Source: Octopus bimaculoides (Eukaryota). Taken from it: 38,609 nt of DNA. A model generated the notes under the pieces. That model worked only from the letters and a program-made list of their open reading frames with translations, was not told the origin of the DNA and searched no databases. The DNA lies in contig NC_068993.1 of the NCBI RefSeq assembly GCF_001194135.2, forward strand, positions 24,324,084 through 24,362,692. The letters are read 5' to 3'. Made by a program: the position numbers and the translations under genes. Positions 34,903 to 38,609 of the stretch are shown piece after piece (the first letter of the stretch is position 1; each line of letters begins with the position of its first letter).

Positions 34903-35879
34903 TAATTGCAAATAGAATCAGAACAGAAATGTAAGAAGAAAAACAAAAACAATATACAAACTACAAAAGTACACGATAAACAAAGTTCCATACATTCTTC
35001 AGTGTCGACCTGTGTCTTTCAAGTTTTGACACTTCCAACAAAATATTTCGATTCAGCACTATCAATAAGTTAAATGGAAGCTGCTATGGGAAATGGCCTG
35101 CAGACACTAACATTGAACGTTCATAGGAAAATCACTAAAAATGGATGCTAAAAATTTTCCGAAACAAAATAACAAAGCAGGAAAAATGCCTTTTGACAGA
35201 AAACGAGTTACTGGAACTACAAGAGAAGGCTATGTATGACAGAAAAGGACGCTAAAGAGGAAAGAAATGTGAGCTTTTATATTATAATTAAAAAATATTA
35301 TATGACAGAATGAACAAAATTTGTCAGTCTGTTTGAACGGTCAAGGGAATACAGACAGAAAGAAGAATAATAATGGCAATGTTGCTTTCTGAATACGAAG
35401 AGTTTACAGAAGAAAGAAAAAGGCAGGAACCATAAAGAAAGTGAAGGAGAGACAACGAGAGAAAGAGAGAATATAGTGCAATGGCAAAAACATTAACAAA
35501 AGAAAGTGATAGGAAACATAAGATCATAAAACAGAGATAGTAGAGAAATCGCGTGAATGTTGCAGATAGCACAAAGAAGTTCTAATTTTTAAAAAGCGGT
35601 GTTGCATTATATTATAAGGGGAAAAGGCTGTAAAAAATGTATCAAGAAAATAGATGTAAACAAGTTGCAATTTCCTCGTTGGCCATAAACTAGATCTCAA
35701 TGAAACTTACCTCGGTGACTTTCGACAGAAGTTCTTGATTTAATAGTGTTAACAGCTACTATAGTACCTTCGGTCAAAGAAGGAAAGACAGGCATAAACA
35801 CGCGAGAAAGCGGAAGTATTGCTTTCTTCGGGGAATTGTTAGGGGAAAACGAGAGAAAGAAAGAATGAAGAGAAAGAGA

Positions 35880-35896
35880 GAAAGTGAGAGAGAGGG

Positions 35897-35962
<66 letters not shown>
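35880..35962. repeat. (GA)n microsatellite
   Basis: Seen directly. Confidence 0.98.
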
Positions 35963-35966
<4 letters not shown>

Positions 35967-37629
35967 GGGGCTGGGAATGATAGTATCCCTGGTTGAAGAT
36001 ATACCAATGAAAAAGTGGTTGTACAAACAGGTCTCAGAAGAGGGATGTAGTGAACTTAAACACGGAGAATTTGCAATGTAGAGACAATATCAATAGAAAA
36101 GGGAAGCGAGCAAGTAAGCCGTAAGTACAACGCCAGAATATATGGTGAATCTTTAAGATATATATTTGTACTGACTGTCTGCGTATGTGTGTGTTTGTAT
36201 TTACAAATAAGAGATATATAACTCAATAGCTAAAGCGGAATATGTTTATTTGCTGTAAATTACATAAGTGACCAGACTTTTCACTGATTTGTGTAGCTTC
36301 ATATCTAATAAATATATTTATTGGGTGTTGAAATTTTTCATATCGACTCTTGTTATTCCAAACATAATATATTATTCTGAAAGATTTCGCTTGTGAGAAG
36401 TGTGGGGGGGGGTCTGTCTGTCTGTCTGTATGTATGTCTGTCTGTGTGCATGTGTGTGTGTGTGTGTGCGTAGTACTGTATAACCATAATAGAGCAGCTA
36501 CACTATAGTTAAAATGAATATTCAATTCATGTGTTGATTAGAGGGGATATATTTTTTCGTAATCAGCCTCACTTTAAGCTGAATCTGTTCCAGCGCGTCT
36601 TATGAGTCTACCTTACCAAGGCATTAAATCATACACCTATTAAGTACTCATGCATACGTGTTCAGATTCTACTGGACAGCCTGATATCGCTGGAACTCCC
36701 TACATACATGTTGCGTGTATGTGTAAACGTATGTGTGTGTTAATAAGGGGTATTATGAGTGAATGAGGGGTTTGATTTGGATAATGAATGCACACGCATT
36801 GCACTATTTAAACTTATATAATTCTGCGAATGTGATAAAATACCAAACACAAGCATGTTAGCTAGGAGATAACCTGCAAAGAGATTTATGGTTTTCAATA
36901 AACTGATTTAAAATAAGTCACATGTAAAACGATAAGAATCATTGGTAAAATTGCAGATGTATTTTTAGGGACAATAAGCACTTAACTGCAATTTTAACAA
37001 TATCTTTCACAGAGCTGCCTACTTTTCAACACCAGTGAATAATGGAAAAAAAAGAAAAGGTCTTTATTACTGCCATTGTTAGAGAAGACATTCTTGTAGT
37101 GTCCCTTTGGCTATATGATAGCAAAGACGGTGCTAATAAAAAATAATAATAACCATTAAGAAAATTAACAACAATTGTCAATAAACTAAACAGCAATATT
37201 TTTTTGTCAACTCGTTGTTATCCGATAAGGTCAATAGCGTTAAGAGCAATTCAAAGGTTTCCCTTAATTCCTTCTTCTTATTCCATCTATTTATATGTCT
37301 TTTTAATTTCAATATTACTCTTTGTTGAAAACGCAGAAGGAAAATAGATGCACTTTAGAAAAGGAAAATTATGGAAAAGAGAAGATTGTATTTTAAATGG
37401 GATCAAAACATTATAATTAATTCTTTTCTATATTTTTAAATAAATTAATTTGATGCATCTGAGTAGAAATAATTGTATTTGACTGAAACACTTAAATGGC
37501 TTGGGGATTAAACTGAATATCGGAATCAACGATAACAAAACCCACCTAACATAATATCAAAAAGTAATTATACAAAATATTCAAATAATAAAAACAGAGA
37601 AAATTGCTGCCATCAGAAAATTATTTCTC

Positions 37630-38440
37630 TCAAACGATGCTTTAGTCAAGTGAAGGAACAGCATCTTTCTATGGATTCTTTTCGATATCAACAGTTGGAA
37701 ATGGAGGTATATTATATTCCAGTAATTTATAAAATAACATTTATGTTACTTCTTAAGTAAATCGATTTCGTTGCGCTGCTAGAAATATAACTGTATTTGT
37801 GCTATGAAGAAGACAGCACAGGTTCCGAAGTGTTTCAACCCATGACTGTATCCTTTTTATCTTATTTTCACTGATTGTTTTATTGGGAATACAAACACTA
37901 TCATAGCAACGATATAACACTGATATAAAATTGATGTTATAGTGAACCAGTTAAAAACAACTCGTATAGTCACCGGACCTACTAGAAATAGTTGCCAAAT
38001 GCAAATCAACCCATACTTTACTATCTAAACAAAGAATCTGTTAAATTGCATAATTTAGCCCAGGATACATTGTTTGAAAATAAAGTGTGGTAAACAAGGC
38101 TATAATGTTTTGGCCAATTCCCTCAATAGATTTGACTCATGGTTAAAAAAGGGCAAGAAAACTGTACTGTACACAATATTGAATATCCATCTGTTGACAA
38201 TAAGGCTGTTTTTCGAGAGAACTAGACCACCATAATACATGACACTCGGTGAATAATTCAGTAATACGCAATGAATTCAAACAATGTTGGCGGAGCTTCC
38301 TTTCAGCACTTGAGGTTGATAAAACAAATATCAATTTATCTGGGCTCAGCCCTATTAAATATCTGTCCTTCGACAATATACTCGGGTGCAGCAAGAGCTA
38401 TGATAGCAACCGTCATGACACGAAATCAGAGAAGTGATCA
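37630..38440 (+). pseudogene. TLR-like/LRR pseudogene F (LRR portion only within the window)
   Basis: IPVIYKITFMLLLK*IDF (37716-37769) and LSGLSPIKYLSFDN (38336-38377, in ORF 38249-38437) fit LRR consensus; no LRR-CT or TIR seen before the window ends. Confidence 0.45.
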
Positions 38441-38559
38441 CAGAACCTACCCAGCTGTATTTTTGCATTTCATACAAGCTGCCATAGGTGGTTTCTATGA
38501 AATCATGACATACAGCAAATTGATATTTATTTCTTTTCTGAAATACCCACGTTTTGTGA

Positions 38560-38561
<2 letters not shown>

Positions 38562-38609
<48 letters not shown>
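38562..38609. repeat. (TG)n microsatellite
   Basis: Seen directly. Confidence 0.98.

Noticed and set aside
35180-35240. pogo/Tigger C-terminal peptide LTENELLELQEK
   Set aside because: Too short and isolated to support a feature.
1-38609. CRISPR array or prokaryotic system
   Set aside because: No regularly spaced repeats with unique spacers and no operon-like ORFs; the sequence is clearly eukaryotic.

Overview
AT-rich, microsatellite-laden animal genomic DNA with six N gaps. The SINE families and simple-repeat landscape point to an octopus/cephalopod genome (inference from recalled repeat consensus sequences, not a database search). I find no intact protein-coding gene, RNA gene or CRISPR array. 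Manual translation of the non-repeat sequence shows repeated + strand remnants of LRR-NT, LRR, LRR-CT, transmembrane/RW and TIR-box motifs in canonical order, broken by stops and frameshifts. I interpret this as a tandem array of about six decayed, apparently intronless Toll-like-receptor-like genes (about 1.7-4.9, 7.8-10.9, 12.1-15.7, 19.6-24.8, 26.6-30.5 and 37.6-38.4 kb), since invaded by mobile DNA. The invaders are tRNA-derived SINEs (several with target-site duplications), an RTE LINE, two RLE-type non-LTR fragments, Helitrons (one containing a Merlin/ISXO2-like transposase piece), mariner, maT and pogo-like elements, and a Penelope-like inverted structure with decayed hammerhead motifs. 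The TLR reading rests on by-eye motif matching in AT-rich sequence and needs a frameshift-aware profile search to confirm.
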